A stretch of 64,000 bases of DNA from Camelus dromedarius (lineage: Eukaryota). Positions 39,550-52,269 of the stretch are shown piece after piece (the first letter of the stretch is position 1; every line of letters starts with the position of its first letter). The position numbers and the translations under genes are program-made. The DNA lies in contig NC_087437.1 of the NCBI RefSeq assembly GCF_036321535.1, forward strand, positions 43,402,001 to 43,466,000, written 5' to 3'. The notes beneath the pieces are model-generated. The model saw nothing but the letters and a program-made list of their open reading frames with translations, ran no database searches and was not told the DNA's origin.

Positions 39550-40045
39550 TATGGTTTGCAGCATTTGGTTGCTTGTGAGAAAAACTAAGACTGGCTTAAG
39601 CACAAAGGAGATTTTATTAGATTATTCAGGTGTCGTGAAACCCAAAGGCCAGGATGTCCTTGTTCTCAAAGAAGGGACTGCAGTCAGGGACTTGGAGCCT
39701 GGTGGAACTTTCTGCTCTCTCTGTGTATGCACTGCATTCTTCCTATAGATCAGACTTCTCTCTTTCAAAGGCACGCGGAGGAAAACTTGCCTATGTCTCA
39801 GCTCCTGAATTTGTATGTTTCAAGTCCAACTGCCTAAAGGAAAATGAATGAATTAATCTCTGTAAGTCTCAATCCCAAATTCCTAAAAGGAAGATTCTGA
39901 GCTGGAATAGGTCAGGTGCTCATCCTGGTCCAATCAGATGTGTCCAGATGGCATCTTACTGTACAAAATGCTGCAAAGGACTTTCTGCCATGAACGAAGT
40001 GAGAAGTAAGGAAAAATTGTTGTGAATTGATAAGACCCTCCAAAA
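39550..40045 (-). mobile_element. ERVL-MaLR solo LTR (MLT1J-like)
   Basis: 'ttggttgcttgtgagaaaaactaagactggcttaagcacaaagg' and 'ggtcaggtgctcatcctggtccaatcagatgtg'. Confidence 0.72.
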
Positions 40046-40397
40046 TGCAGCTGATGAATGGTAGACTATTTTGTGTTTTGTTTTTAATCATAACAATAAC
40101 TTTAATTAGTTAGAAAATAACAACTATGTACCAAATGCTCAAGAGGAGTGGAGGATCAGTCTAAGCACTAGTATATTTGCACTGTCATTTTTTAAAAATT
40201 GAAAGGAAAGTTTGGAATCACAAATGGTGCCAAGTGGAAAACTCCTATTTCCTGCTTCTATTCAATGGTTGTGGTTCAACATCTACAATTTGCATAGGAC
40301 TTTCTTGCCATTCCACATGTTTAAAAATTATTTCTATTTCTATTTTTCTTAAAAAATAATAATACTTATTGTATATGTAGCAGCAAAGAAATGCTGT

Positions 40398-40425
40398 GTT
40401 TTGTTTTGTTTTGTTTTGTTTTTTT
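40398..40425. repeat. (GTTTT)n microsatellite
   Basis: Direct observation. Confidence 0.9.
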
Positions 40426-40429
40426 GACT

Positions 40430-40550
40430 TGGCACTTCTTAAACATTTCAGTGCATCAGAATCACCTGGAAAGTTTATTTAAAAAGTTTGCTTAGCCTCA
40501 CGCACAGAGTTTCTGGTTTAGTAAGTCTGGAATAGTGCCCCAAGATTTTC
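40430..40550. mobile_element. MER5A-like hAT-Charlie MITE, partial
   Basis: 'gtgcatcagaatcacctggaaag...cagagtttctggtttagtaagtctgg'. Confidence 0.8.
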
Positions 40551-40603
40551 CTCAGCAAAACTATCCTAACAGTGTATAATATAAGCCCTAAATCCATGCA
40601 AGG

Positions 40604-40794
40604 CAGTGTTTTCCAAATAGTGGGTTGTGACATCTCAGTGAGTGGCTAAATCAATTTAGTGGATTTTTTTGGATGAAATAGTATGCAGAATATCAGAGAG
40701 CATCTTATACTCAAGGTCATTATTATTACTATGAATAATAGTATCACATAGTTTCACAATACAGGTCATGGTCCTAAAAATTTACTGGAAACTG
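40604..40794. mobile_element. hAT-Charlie-type MITE (same family as 36900-37219)
   Basis: CAG...CTG ends; 'cagtgttttccaaatagtgggttgtgac...aaatcaatttagtgg...aatatcagagagcatc'. Confidence 0.65.
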
Positions 40795-41184
40795 CATTAA
40801 ATCATTTTTAGAAGTGGATGAGATACAAATGATAACAGAATCTTGGAATGGGGCTTCAGGGCACTTTTATGCAAAATGATGATGATGAAGAAACAATATT
40901 TCCATCCTGTAGCCTACCTAGAGACCTGTTATCCAACAGAGGAGGCATGAGAGAACACATTAATTGAGTAGAATTCTGCCTCTATCAAATGTTTCGAAAG
41001 TCATGCACTTTTCATCTGGATGGAACATCAAAAATCATCCAGTACAGTGACTTTTCAATTATATTTCAGAATCTTGAATGTATTAAGTTTGCTAAGAATT
41101 GTGAAATTGAGGCCAATATGAGTGGGGCTTTTGGTCCCTAATCCTACTTCAACTAAAGTTCTTAACAAATAAATTCTAGGGTTA

Positions 41185-41375
41185 ATAGTGTTTATTGAAT
41201 TCTCACTATGTTCCTAGGACCATTCTAAGCACTGTACTTCTTCATAATTATCCTTTGAGGGTGGTCATATTGTCATTACCTCCATTTTCAGTTAGGAATA
41301 CTGAGGCACAGTTAGGGAAACTTGTCCAAGTTTTCAGATTGTGTTCTCAGGCATTACACTATGACTACCTCTCAT
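41185..41375 (-). mobile_element. MIR SINE
   Basis: 'tttattgaattctcactatgttcctaggaccattctaagcact...ccattttcagttaggaatactgaggcacag'. Confidence 0.75.
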
Positions 41376-44189
41376 AGCCCAACTACACCAGAGTTCCAAA
41401 CAAATCCATTTTTAAAAGATCCTGATCTAATCTAACCACTTAATTTAAGAAGGAGGCTTTCAAAACTCAACGAAGTAAAATACTAGAACGAAGCTTATAG
41501 TTGCAGGAGACCCAGAGATAGAATTGAGGTTCACGGTTGGTTTAGTGCGATTCCCATTAAACAAGGATTCATCCAAGATCTTGCCTGTTGTCAGTACACT
41601 TTGACACTAATGTCCTGTAGGCAACACAACACCATCAGTGCAGATTTCTCTATGGATTGAGCCACACTTGAGACTAGCTGAAGGGATGGCTGTGGCTAGC
41701 TTTCACAATCTGCAAAACCTCCTGGTACTCGTTTTATACTCATTTTACTGAGGAGGCATAGGTGGGCATTAACACTTTGGGCAACCAGTTTCCAAAGCAT
41801 TCATTTCTTTCATCTCATTCATTGATATTTCATTTGCCAGGTACTCCAATTTCACATTACTTTTGAATTTGGAATATGCCTACTTCAGAGGCAGCTTTCC
41901 TATTCATAGGTAATTTATCCAAGCTTTAGGTGCACTATTACATCTTCAGAAGAAAACATCCATGTGCCTTAAATGTTTAAGTAGAGGAGATAATGTTATG
42001 ACTTCTCTTTAGCAGATGGCTAAAATATATTAAGATGAAATGGTAAACTGTGATCTCAAAGTCAAGATTCACTTGACTATGTGTATCAAATAAAACTATC
42101 ACTTTTATTAAAGCCCAAATTATGACAGTTTCATCCCTTCCCTACTCACTAGGGATTAGCCATCTATAGTCCAGGTATCTCACAGAGTCCTCAGAACACT
42201 GACATATGTTCAGGATTAAATCTGTTTACACTGTTTTATTCTCAGCAGGAGTTACTTCCTGTCCTATTACTGCTCCCATAGAGAACACCAGTGTTCTTGC
42301 TGCTTTCAGTTCTCTTAAAGCTGCCAACCCGTGAGATTCTGGGCTCTGGACAAAGACAAAGGAAGCATCATTCATTATTGCACCCTCCAGCTCCACACCG
42401 AACATTATCACCTAGGTCTGAAAGCATTATTACCCAAAACACACTCTCTAAAAGGTCCTTTACAAATAGTTCCTTCTGCTGCTGGTCTTCAGCTCCTAAG
42501 CTCCTATGGGAAGTTGGACACACCAACCAAGGAAACATGCTTCCTTCTATAACCTCCAGCAACAGTCTTCACACATAGAGCATGCTTTCTCCTACTGAGA
42601 TACCTGTCTCTATAGAAACCAGTATCTCCAGAGATGCAATGCAACTCTGGATGCCCCATAAAATAATCTTTGTTCCTTGATGAAACAGTTAACTCTCTAG
42701 ATAGGCAAGTGATTAGTCATCTCCATTTCAGAAGAAGATGGCTTCTTGCTATTCTCATAATAGAGGGTCTGTTTGATATTTTTCCCAGAACATGAGAGCA
42801 GTCAGCCCCCAAAGGGATTTCAAGGAGTTTTGAAGAAAGCTTTTAGATGACATTTTTCCCCCATAATCTACCAGTAAAGTTTTAAAAATTCTAAGACTGA
42901 ATTTCATTTAAAATACTTGGTCATAGATGACATCAGAGGAGTTCTAAGAGATGATTTTACCTTTGATACCTTTGAATCTATGTTGTAAATAGCCATAGCC
43001 AAAAATATAATTTTAACTAAACATCTTATACAAATGGGAAAAAATTACTGAGGGTATGATGCAAATAATAGAAGTTTCATAGAATATATGTGTGAAAAAT
43101 TGTTAAAAATCACTGGTTAGAAGAATTAATATAATTTTTTCAAGAGTTAGCTAAAGGGTACCTTTATTCTCCTACTGCCACTTTATATTTTTAAATCCTA
43201 ATAACATTTGGGGAACTTACCTCTTCATTTTCCTTCAAAGCCAATTTATAAGACAAAGAGATTAATTTCCTTTCTAGTTACAACTTGTTTTTGCCCAAAG
43301 CTGGTATTAACCAGCATGATCACTATTTTATTCACAAAAGTAGCTTCAATTGACATTTAACTAATTCCAAAGAACTGAATCCATCCTTGAATAATGAAAA
43401 CATACCACTAATAAGTACACAGGGCAAAGTATTTCAAAGTACAGTGGCAAAAGAATAAAAACTTGTTTTAACCAACGTGGTAATTGCATGTCTTTCCAAA
43501 TTTATTAATTTGAAGAAGTAACAGAAGTTTTCTTCTCTAACATGACCAGATCTTTAAAAATCCATTAAAGCAGGGACTCAGAATAAAGAGTTGCATGACT
43601 ACCTTAAACATTTTATTATTCCTAAACATATACATACACATTACTATGCCAATCTTTTGATGTAGGACCAACAACTTTTCCTTGTGTCCTGGTCCATTCA
43701 TGGGAACTCCTCACATTCATTCTCCTCTATAATACCCTGCCTACAGATCTCCAGCTTCCATTTCTTTAAAGTAGAGTAAAACCTTAAAGAAAACTGATCA
43801 TTAATATGAGAAAAAAAAGGCTTCTAAATATGTCCTACTTGTCATTATTATACTTCCATACCTAATTTACAGCAGCTCAAATTATTCCAAATCATGTGTT
43901 AAGTTTTCATAGCAATGACTTTCTATTCACATTCATTTTCATTGTTAAAACAAATTATTTATTTATTTATACACATAAACAAACTCAACTGGTATAAACC
44001 ATGTTGGGGACAGTCTTGGGAAGGAGACAACTCTACTAGTGGAAGCAAAAGTAAGTGAGTGTACCCAAGAAAACTATACCGCTCCCCAGATTCTGTAGGT
44101 GTTAGGGAGCAGTCCACAGGTTTTACAAAGGCCAGAAAGACTGAGGAAGCCACAGAACTGGTTAAATCAAGATTATTTAAGAAAATTCT

Positions 44190-44480
44190 AGTACATTGAT
44201 AGAGAAGTTATCTGTATGCCTTGTTTAAGGTAAAATATGTTAAACATCTAGTGTGAGTGTCACATAATGAGGGCCACAATGCAAAGAGCTCACTGGGTAG
44301 AGACAGATAGAGACGAATTCATGAAGTTGGTGGAACTTAAAGGGCAGGTAGATTTAAATACCTGAGGTGAAGGAGGGAAGCCTAAAATCGTCCTGAGAGG
44401 GACGATGTGGCAAAATGTGCAAGTGCAGCCTCTGTCGGGTGTGTTCAGTGGTGGGCCAGGGTGAGTGTTACTTGGAGGTG
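44190..44480 (-). mobile_element. LINE-2 fragment (very diverged)
   Basis: 'ttcatgaagttggtggaacttaaagggcaggtagatttaaatacctgaggtgaaggagggaag'. Confidence 0.45.
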
Positions 44481-45034
44481 GAGGGCGAGGTGGTCACTGG
44501 TCTTCCTTTGGGCTCTTCTAAGTGCCAGGAGATCTAAGGAGCCCAGCCAGGGACTGCCTCTGTAGCGTTTGTTCTGTAGAACCTCAGCCTAATGCACACT
44601 ATGCCCCACCCCGACCCACCCCACCCCCATAGTTCAGTTCTACTTCATCAGGCTTAAATGCAAGCTATAATTGTACCAAGGATTCATTAGCCAAAGACCT
44701 TTGTAAAGCATGCTAATCCAACATTTTCCATGGAAGATGAAATTGAAAAAGCAGGTAAGGACAAAATTAAAATGGGCTTTCAAACTGCCAAACTAAAATT
44801 TTCAATTTGATCCTTAAAGATTATGAATGATTTGAACTGTTATTTAATGAGTTTTAAAAATCAGGTTTTAGGAAGATTTATCTTTTTTTTTAAGTTGTAC
44901 CAGTTTACATTGGCACCATCAGCAAGTACAGATGCTATACTCAGTTTTGGAATGCTTCTGCTTTTTTTTTTTCTTTTTTTTCAAGTTTTTTTAAAAAAGA
45001 GTCAATGTATTTAAACAAACAAACAAAAAAGAAC

Positions 45035-46066
45035 AATTCACCCATTTCTGCTGCCCCCAAACCTTTGCCTCTGGCAACCACCAATCTGTTCTCTGTATCT
45101 ATGAGCTTGGTTTAATATATATATATATCATTATAGTCATATAATTATATAATATATAAGATTCCACATGTAAAAGAGATGATTCAGTATTAGGCTTTCT
45201 CTGTCTGACTTATTTCACTTAGCATAATGCCCTTGAGTTCCATCCATGTTGTCTCAAGTGATGAGAATTCATTCTTTTTTATGACTGAGTAATATTTCAT
45301 TGTGTGTGTGTGTATACACATTATATTTATTTATACACACACACACACACACACACACATTTAAAATGGCACATCTTCTATTTCCATTCATCTGTTGATG
45401 GACATTTATGTTGTTTCCACATCTTGGCTATTGTAAATAATGCTACAGTAAACATGAGTGTGCATATATCTTTTCAAATTAGTGTTTTTCTTTTCTTCAG
45501 ATAAATACCTAGAAGTAGAATTGCTGGATCATATGGTAGTTTTATTTTTAATTTTTTTGAGGAAACTCCATACTACTGTTCATAGTGACTGCACCAATTA
45601 GCATTCCTACCATCACAAAGTTTCCCTTTCTTCACAGCCTTGCTAACACTTGTCATTTCTAGGTTTTTTTTTTTTATAATAATCATTTAACAGGTGTGAG
45701 ATGCTATCTCATGGTTTTGATTTTCATTTCCCTATGATTAATAATGTAGAGCATCTTTTCATGTACCTGTTGGCTATACATATGTCTTCTTGGGAGAAAA
45801 TGTCTGTTCACATCTTCTGCCCATTTTCAATTGAATTTTTTTCCCATTCAGTTGTGTGAGTTCTTTATATATTTTAGATATTAGCTCCTATCAGATATAT
45901 TACTTTATGTATTTTAGATATTAGCCCCTATCAGATATATGATTTGCAGGTATTTTCTCCTTTTCAGTAGGTTGTTTGTTCCTTCTGCTGATGGTTTCCT
46001 TTGCTAGGCAGAAGCTCTTTAGTTTGATGTGGGCCCATTTGTTTATTTTTGCTTTTGCTACTTTTG
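45035..46066 (-). mobile_element. L1 (L1MA-like / laurasiatherian) 3' region
   Basis: 'ctctggcaaccaccaatctgttctctgtatctatgag...ctgtctgacttatttcacttagcataatgccc...gcagaagctctttagtttgatgt'. Confidence 0.92.
45861..45940. repeat. 40-bp tandem duplication inside L1 (37/40 identical)
   Basis: ttctttatatattttagatattagctcctatcagatatat / tactttatgtattttagatattagcccctatcagatatat. Confidence 0.93.
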
Positions 46067-46169
46067 CAAAATGATTTATCCTTATTCAAAATACAGCATA
46101 TGTATAAAGGATAAAATATAGGAATGAGGAAGGACTTTTAAAAGACTATTGAAATAGACCATCTGAAAA

Positions 46170-47712
46170 GGCCTACAGATATTAAATAATTGAGTCAATA
46201 ATAAGTAATCTTGCACAACAGAAAACACTAGATGGATGGGCTTATTGGTGAATTTTTTAAAATGTCTAAAAAATATATTATTCCAATTATCTACAATCTC
46301 TTTCAGAAGATAGAAGCTGAGGGGCTACTTCCTAACTCATTCTGAGAGGCTGACATTACCCTAATACCAAAACCAGACAAAGACAATACAAGAAAAGAAA
46401 GCTACAGACCAATGTCTCTTATGAGCATAATGCAAAAATACTCAACCAAATAATAATTTGAAATTAATATTGTATAAAAAGAATTATACACCACAACAAA
46501 GTGAAATTTATCCTAGGTTGGTTCAACATTTGAGAATAATGTAATCCAACATATCAACAAGCTAAAAAAGAAAACTCCCATGATTTTGTCAATAAATGCA
46601 GGAAGAGGACTTGACAAAATCCAATACCCATTCATGATAAAAACTTTCAGCAAACTAGGAATAGAGTAGGATGTCTTCAATTTGACAAAAAACATCTACA
46701 GCAAACCAGCAGCTAACATCATACTTAATGGTGAGAAACTAGAAGATTTGCAAAGAAGACACACGGCAAGTAAGCATATAAAAAAAATATTCAGTGTCAT
46801 ATGTCACTAGAGAATTGCAAATTAAAACAGGGAGATACCACTGCAGACCTATTAGACTGATCAAAGTCTAAACCACCGGCAACACCAAATGCTGACTAGG
46901 ATGTGGAGCAATAGGAATTCTCATTCATTACAGGTAGGAATGCCAAAATGTTACAGCCACCTTAAAAGACAGTTTGGCCATTTTTTTACAAAACTCAGCA
47001 TGCTCTTACCATGCAATCCAGCAATCATACTCCTTGGTATTTGCCCAAATTGATTAAAAACTTATGCCCACACAAAAACCTACACACAGATATTTATAGC
47101 AGATTTATTTATAATCTTCAAAATTTGGAAGCAGTCAAAATGTTCTTCAGAGGTAAATGGGTAGGTAAACTGTGGTACATTCAGACAATGGATTTTACTC
47201 AACACTAAAAAGAAATGACCTATCAAGCTATGAAAAGACATGGAGGACATTTAAAGGCATTTTACTAAGTGAAAGAAGCCAGTCTGAGAAGGCTATATAC
47301 TGTATAATTACAGCTATGTGACATTCTGGGTAAGGCAAAACTATGGAGACAGTAAAAATATCAATGGTTTTCTGGGCTTAGGGGAGGGGTAAATAGTCAG
47401 AGCACAGAGGATTTTTAGGGTAGTGAAATTATTCTGTGTGAAACTATAATGGTGAATACATGTCATTAAACATTTGTCTAAACCCTTAGAATGTACAACA
47501 CTGAGAGTGATCACATTAGATGTTGGACTTTGGGTGGTTATGAAGGGTCCAATGTAGGTCCATTTTAATAAATGTACCGTGTGGTGGGGGATTGTGGATG
47601 GTGAGGAGGTCGTGCATGTGTGGACACGGTGGATATTTCAGAAATCTCTGTACTTCACATTCAATTTTGTTGTGAACCGAAAACTGCTCCAAAAAATGTT
47701 TATTAATTTTTT
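46170..47712 (+). mobile_element. L1MC-like element: degenerate ORF2 fragment, internal deletion near 46750, then 3' UTR
   Basis: 46322 onward translates [35 protein letters not shown] (L1 ORF2p LPNSFYEASIILIPKP...NFRPISLMN); 3' end 'gaaccgaaaactgctccaaaaaatg'. Confidence 0.93.
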
Positions 47713-48074
47713 TGAAAGTCTGTTGGAAAGGCCTAGCCCTGAGGTACCTAGGAAAATGATGGGTTTCCAAGAGAGACTTAGTACTGAGAGAGTCAGTGAG
47801 AGAAAGGGTAAGTGACAACTCAGCACCAGAGGGAGAAACATGAAAATTTGTTTGAAAAATTGAGAAAATTGGGAATGCAAGTAAGCTTTGGATGAAAAAA
47901 AAAAAACTCTCATTGTTAGAAACCATTCAACTTGATAAGTATTAATTCAATACCTACTGTGTGTTAGAAATTGAGAATAAATCATTATGTGATAAACTTC
48001 CAGCAGGTTATATAGTTAGTCAAAAGGAGATCAACAACTTAAGAGTCTATGATGTAAAATAAAAATACATTGTA

Positions 48075-48325
48075 GGAGTGAAGAGCTTAGAGCCTAGAGT
48101 CGGAACCAGACAGATATAAGTTCTTATTCTGCATCCATCAGTTTCCAGGCTGGGGCATCTGGCGGTTTTTTGCACCATCTTTGCATCTCTTGAGCTTTAG
48201 CTTCTTCATAAGTAAAGTATATGTTTAATTCATAACCATGTTCTGAGGATTAAATGAGCGAGATAATCTGTGTATAACAGTCAGCAGAGTTCGAGCATCT
48301 AGAAGACAAAAGTTCACGCAGTGGT
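48075..48325 (+). mobile_element. MIR SINE
   Basis: 'catctcttgagctttagcttcttcataagtaaag...tgttctgaggattaaatgagcgagataatctgtgtataa'. Confidence 0.75.
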
Positions 48326-48332
48326 AGAAATG

Positions 48333-48376
<44 letters not shown>
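48333..48376. repeat. (TGA)14 trinucleotide microsatellite
   Basis: Direct observation; source of the poly-Ser ORF 48225-48437. Confidence 0.97.
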
Positions 48377-48381
48377 TAAAG

Positions 48382-48553
48382 CAGGTTCTAAGCACAGTGT
48401 TGCTTACCAGGGGACGTTTGGCAATGTCTGGAGACATTGTTTATGTCAGAACTGGGGGAGTGCCATGGGCATCTACTCACAGAAGCCAGGGTACAGGACA
48501 ACAAAGAATTCTCCAGTCCCAAATGTCCATACTGCTGGGGTTGAGAAACCCTG
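48382..48553 (+). mobile_element. hAT-Charlie MITE MER20
   Basis: 'ccaggggacgtttggcaatgtctggagacattg...caaatgtccatactgctggggttgagaaaccctg'; 8-bp TSD atgtaaag / atgtagaa. Confidence 0.9.
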
Positions 48554-48654
48554 ATGTAGAAGAAATCTTTAACACGAGTGAAAAGATGCCGTAGAAGTAA
48601 AAATGAGGGAGTCTGGAATGAAAGTGGAATAAGTTAAGGTAATAAGTCACCAAA

Positions 48655-48770
48655 ACAGTTTTAAAAAATACCAGTGCCCAGGTCCCACTCAATGTAATGG
48701 GACTCTGGGTCTAGGGATCGGCATTTTTTAGGGCTTCCCAAGTGATTCTGATGGCATCTCGGCAATGCTG
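48655..48770. mobile_element. MER5-like MITE fragment
   Basis: 'aaaataccagtgcccaggtcccac...ggcatttttt...cttcccaagtgattctgatg'. Confidence 0.65.
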
Positions 48771-49143
48771 GCCTAGATTAAATCACCAGTAGGTAGAAGG
48801 GTGCATGAAACTGGATCTTGAGTTTTGTTTCCCAGAAGCAGACAAGTGTTAAAGGCCACAGTGAATGTCTAGTGAGATTTTCTGCCCGGCAAGAAAGCCA
48901 TTCTACACCACTTATTGGAAAGAAGTTTGGAAGAGCAGTGGTGGTATGTTGGTGTTGCCGCCACCTTCTTTCATTCATGGTTCTGTTTGGGTCAGAATCA
49001 TGACTGTTCATAGCAAGTAGAAGTCTTTTTTATAGGTTAGTGTGCGAAGGTAGGTTAGGGTAAAGTCTTTTGAGTAATTCATTTATCCATAGAATATCAA
49101 TACTTTAGCAAAAAGGAAACTAGAGAAGTACATAGATGACCTC

Positions 49144-49472
49144 TGTCTTGGCTCGGGCTGCTATAACAAAATACCATAAACTGGGTGGGATATTACAACA
49201 GAAATGTATTTTTTGGAAACTTAAAGTCCAAGATCAGGGAGCAGCAAGGTGAGGTTTTGATGAAGGCCCCCTTCAGGCTTGCAGACTCACACAGCGGAGA
49301 GCCGAACAAAGGAAGCAGGCACTACCGTGACTCTTATTAGGGCACTAATCCCATTCATGATGGCTCTGCCCTGATCGCTTCCCAATGGCCCCACTTTCTA
49401 ACACCATTACCTTGAGGGATAAGGTTTCAACATACAAATTTGGGGGAGGACACAAACATTCAGTCCGTAACA
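49144..49472 (-). mobile_element. ERVL-MaLR solo LTR (MLT1A0-like) with perfect TSD
   Basis: TG...CA ends 'tgtcttggctcgggctgctataacaaaatacca' and 'ggacacaaacattcagtccgtaaca'; 5-bp TSD ACCTC at 49139-49143 and 49473-49477. Confidence 0.95.
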
Positions 49473-49794
49473 ACCTCCAAAGCCTGTGAAAAAGGGTACA
49501 GAGTTAAACCAAAAGGAAATAGCAGGGACCTGAGGAGGAGTGAGGCTGGAGTGGCAAGAGACAACTTTGTGAGGGCTTTCCAGGTAAGGGAGGTGCAAAG
49601 AAGGCCTTAATGTTTCAAAAGAAGAATAGGGACATTATTCAGAAGAGCATCAGTTGTGCTAAGGGCTGATAAGAACACATTGCAAAGGTTCTTTTGCTTT
49701 TTTTGAAAAAAAAATTATTTTATTTTACATGATGTATTTAGTGAGAATTATTTTAGAATAATTGATAGCACCAGTGAAGCACACTTCTTTAAAT

Positions 49795-49929
49795 CCCTGC
49801 TAGTCAATGAGTGGTCCATATGGCCAGCAGCATCTATGTCACCTGGGAGCTTGCTAGAAATGAGTAATTTGAGGTTCCATTCCAGATCTGCAGGTGTAGT
49901 GTATGCACATTAACATTTGAGAAGCACTG
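49795..49929. mobile_element. MER5A1-like hAT-Charlie MITE
   Basis: 'ccagcagcatctatgtcacctgggagcttgctagaaatg...gtatgcacattaacatttgagaagcactg'. Confidence 0.8.
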
Positions 49930-50414
49930 CTCTAAATTATGGAGTTTAGCTTTTGATGAGTAGGTATGCATTAAAATAAAACGATTTTTGGAAACTATTT
50001 CATATTCTAAATCCTGCTTAGCCTAAGAACAATTTAAAAAGACTTTTTGACCTAGTAGGCTTTTCCTGCAGGAATACAAAAAGGATATTTTAAAACTCTA
50101 ACATATCTCTTGATGTAAATTTCAATGTAAAAATAGGGTGTGTTAAAAAAAATACGAAAACCTGGATAGAAAATAAGAGTTTTGAAGAAAAAACATATTT
50201 GTCTATCTTACCTATAAAGCCTACATGATTAGGTGCTTTCTCCTGCATTAGTATGATATGAACTGGTATTGTTTCACTGTTGAACTCATCAAGATAATAA
50301 TAATTTTGATGCAAACTCAGATTTAAGAAGCACTTATAGTCTACAAAGATTATATGTATACTATTTAATGGGATTTGTCTGATACAAGTATGCTCTGCAA
50401 TAGTTCATACTTCC

Positions 50415-50967
50415 CATAGAATCATAGAATTTTGATGCTAGAATCTTATAAATGACCTAAAATAATTCACATTCAATTCTGTAATTCTGTGATTATCTGT
50501 GTCACTTAAAACATGTTTCTCAGAATTAAACAAAGCACCAGATCCACAAGCAATGATCACTTTCTATGATCTGGAACCTATACTTCAATGTATGGAACTT
50601 AAAGATTCCTGTTAGCTTTATTACTAGAGTTATTAAAATTATTACTGTATCTCTTTTAACTGTATTTAGAGCATCTGTTTAAAATTACAGTTCACCCAAA
50701 ACTATCAGAACACTTTCTCGTAAATTGTTGCCAACGTTCTCTACCAGGCTAGACTTACTCGACTGATGTTTTGGAAAGTAAAAACATAACTGCTGCATTA
50801 CCAGTCATTTGGGTGTAGAGCTTGTTAGTATTAGTCATGATAAATTTGAATCTTGATTCTGCCCCTTCTCATGTTAGCTGCCCCTCCATGTTTTGTGTCG
50901 TCTGCAAATTATAATACCTTTTAATATCCTTATTTAAGCAACTGACCAAAATGTTCAAGCCTATGGG
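50415..50967 (-). mobile_element. CR1/L3 LINE fossil including the RT catalytic motif
   Basis: Minus strand 50908-50882 reads FADDTKHGG (CR1 consensus KFADDTKLGG), preceded by PIGLNILVSCLNKDI (about GPVLFNIFINDLDEGI); 'catagaatcatagaat' tail-like repeat at 50415. Confidence 0.78.
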
Positions 50968-52185
50968 AGTGCGCTGCTAAAATCAAGATATTCTTGATTA
51001 AAAATTAAATGAGTTTGAAAGAAGGTCTATCTGAATCTATGCTGGCTCCTTCTGTTCAGTTTGTTACTTTCTGAATACATAGATGCTAATTTATAAGCAG
51101 TAGGAAAAACTATTTCTGCTTTGCTTTTAAGACGGAATGAGGGTCATCAAGATTTTAAAATGCAAAAATGTGTTTGGTCGGAGAACAACTCAGTCCAAAT
51201 ATTAGCATCTGTTGTTTAAACAGAGAAAAAGGCCATGTAGAGAGAGAGTGAGGTATGGCCAGGTATGGTTACTGTGGGAATCATAACAATATCTTACATT
51301 ATGTTCATGTTAAATCTCAATCATAACATCATTTTACTGTAATTTTTTTTATTTAATTAACTTCCGATTTTACAAATTAAAGCTTTATTACTTCTGGAGA
51401 ATGTGATAAAAGCCTCTAAAGATTATTCGATATATTTAAAATAACAAGTCTGCCTGGGTCAAATCCAATCACTAATATTTCCCTAATGAAAATAAAATGA
51501 AGATTCCTTATTATTAAATAGTATTACATGCTATCTTCATTTATTAGTCTTACTTCACCTCTCCAATGCACCTTTTAGTCAAGAATATAATAGTCTGTTA
51601 CAATTTGATCTCTATTTCATTGATGGACAAACTGGGATATAGAGGTGTAATGACTTTCCTTGAATTGTAGGTCCCATTAATGACAAAGATAGTTTTATTA
51701 TAATCTATGACCTCTGATATAAAATAGCTAGCTCCATTCTCCATCAAACTGCTGAGGATCCCTTTAAGTGTTAATAGCTGGAAAACCCGTAAGTTCTGGA
51801 TTTTTTCTCATCATATCTTTAGGTTCCAGCATAAGGGTCAGGGGTGTAGCAGGTGTTCAATAAATATTTACTGAATCAATGTACTTATGAAGTATAATAT
51901 ATGTGACTCTTTCACTTAGGAAATTACACTTATTGCGAAGTCCAAATACATAAACTTCACTTATTCCATTGACTTGCTTTGTTTTATCTCTTATAATGAA
52001 TACTCAGCATACGCCTGCTGCTACATTTGCCTGATCTCAGGATACACGGCCCCACCACCCACACAAACATATGCCCTGCTCATCCTTGCCCACATGAAAT
52101 TGTTAATGCTTTTCTTGCCACCTTAAATGAATTTCTTTTTACCATCAAATTAAATTTACATATGTATATATAGAGAGAAAAGAAC

Positions 52186-52235
52186 ATATAGATAGATAGA
52201 TAGAGAATATATATTCTCTATCTATCTATCTATAT
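52186..52235. repeat. Perfect 50-bp spacerless palindrome built from GATA/TATC repeats
   Basis: atatagatagatagatagagaatat|atattctctatctatctatctatat. Confidence 0.97.
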
Positions 52236-52269
52236 ATAGAAAAGAACAACAATTAAATAAATATACGTG

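Noticed and set aside
44651..44760. Exon-like segment ending CAG|GTAAGG
   Set aside because: Stops in all three frames; no other support.
45035..47712. Head-to-head L1s resembling a twin-priming inversion
   Set aside because: Each has its own 3' region and they look like different subfamilies, so they are independent insertions.
47516..47926. Overlapping ORFs of 78-136 aa
   Set aside because: They lie over the L1MC 3' UTR; no coding features.
48382..48553. MER20 as a pregnancy/decidual regulatory element
   Set aside because: Family-level association only; this copy is internally deleted and nothing here shows activity.
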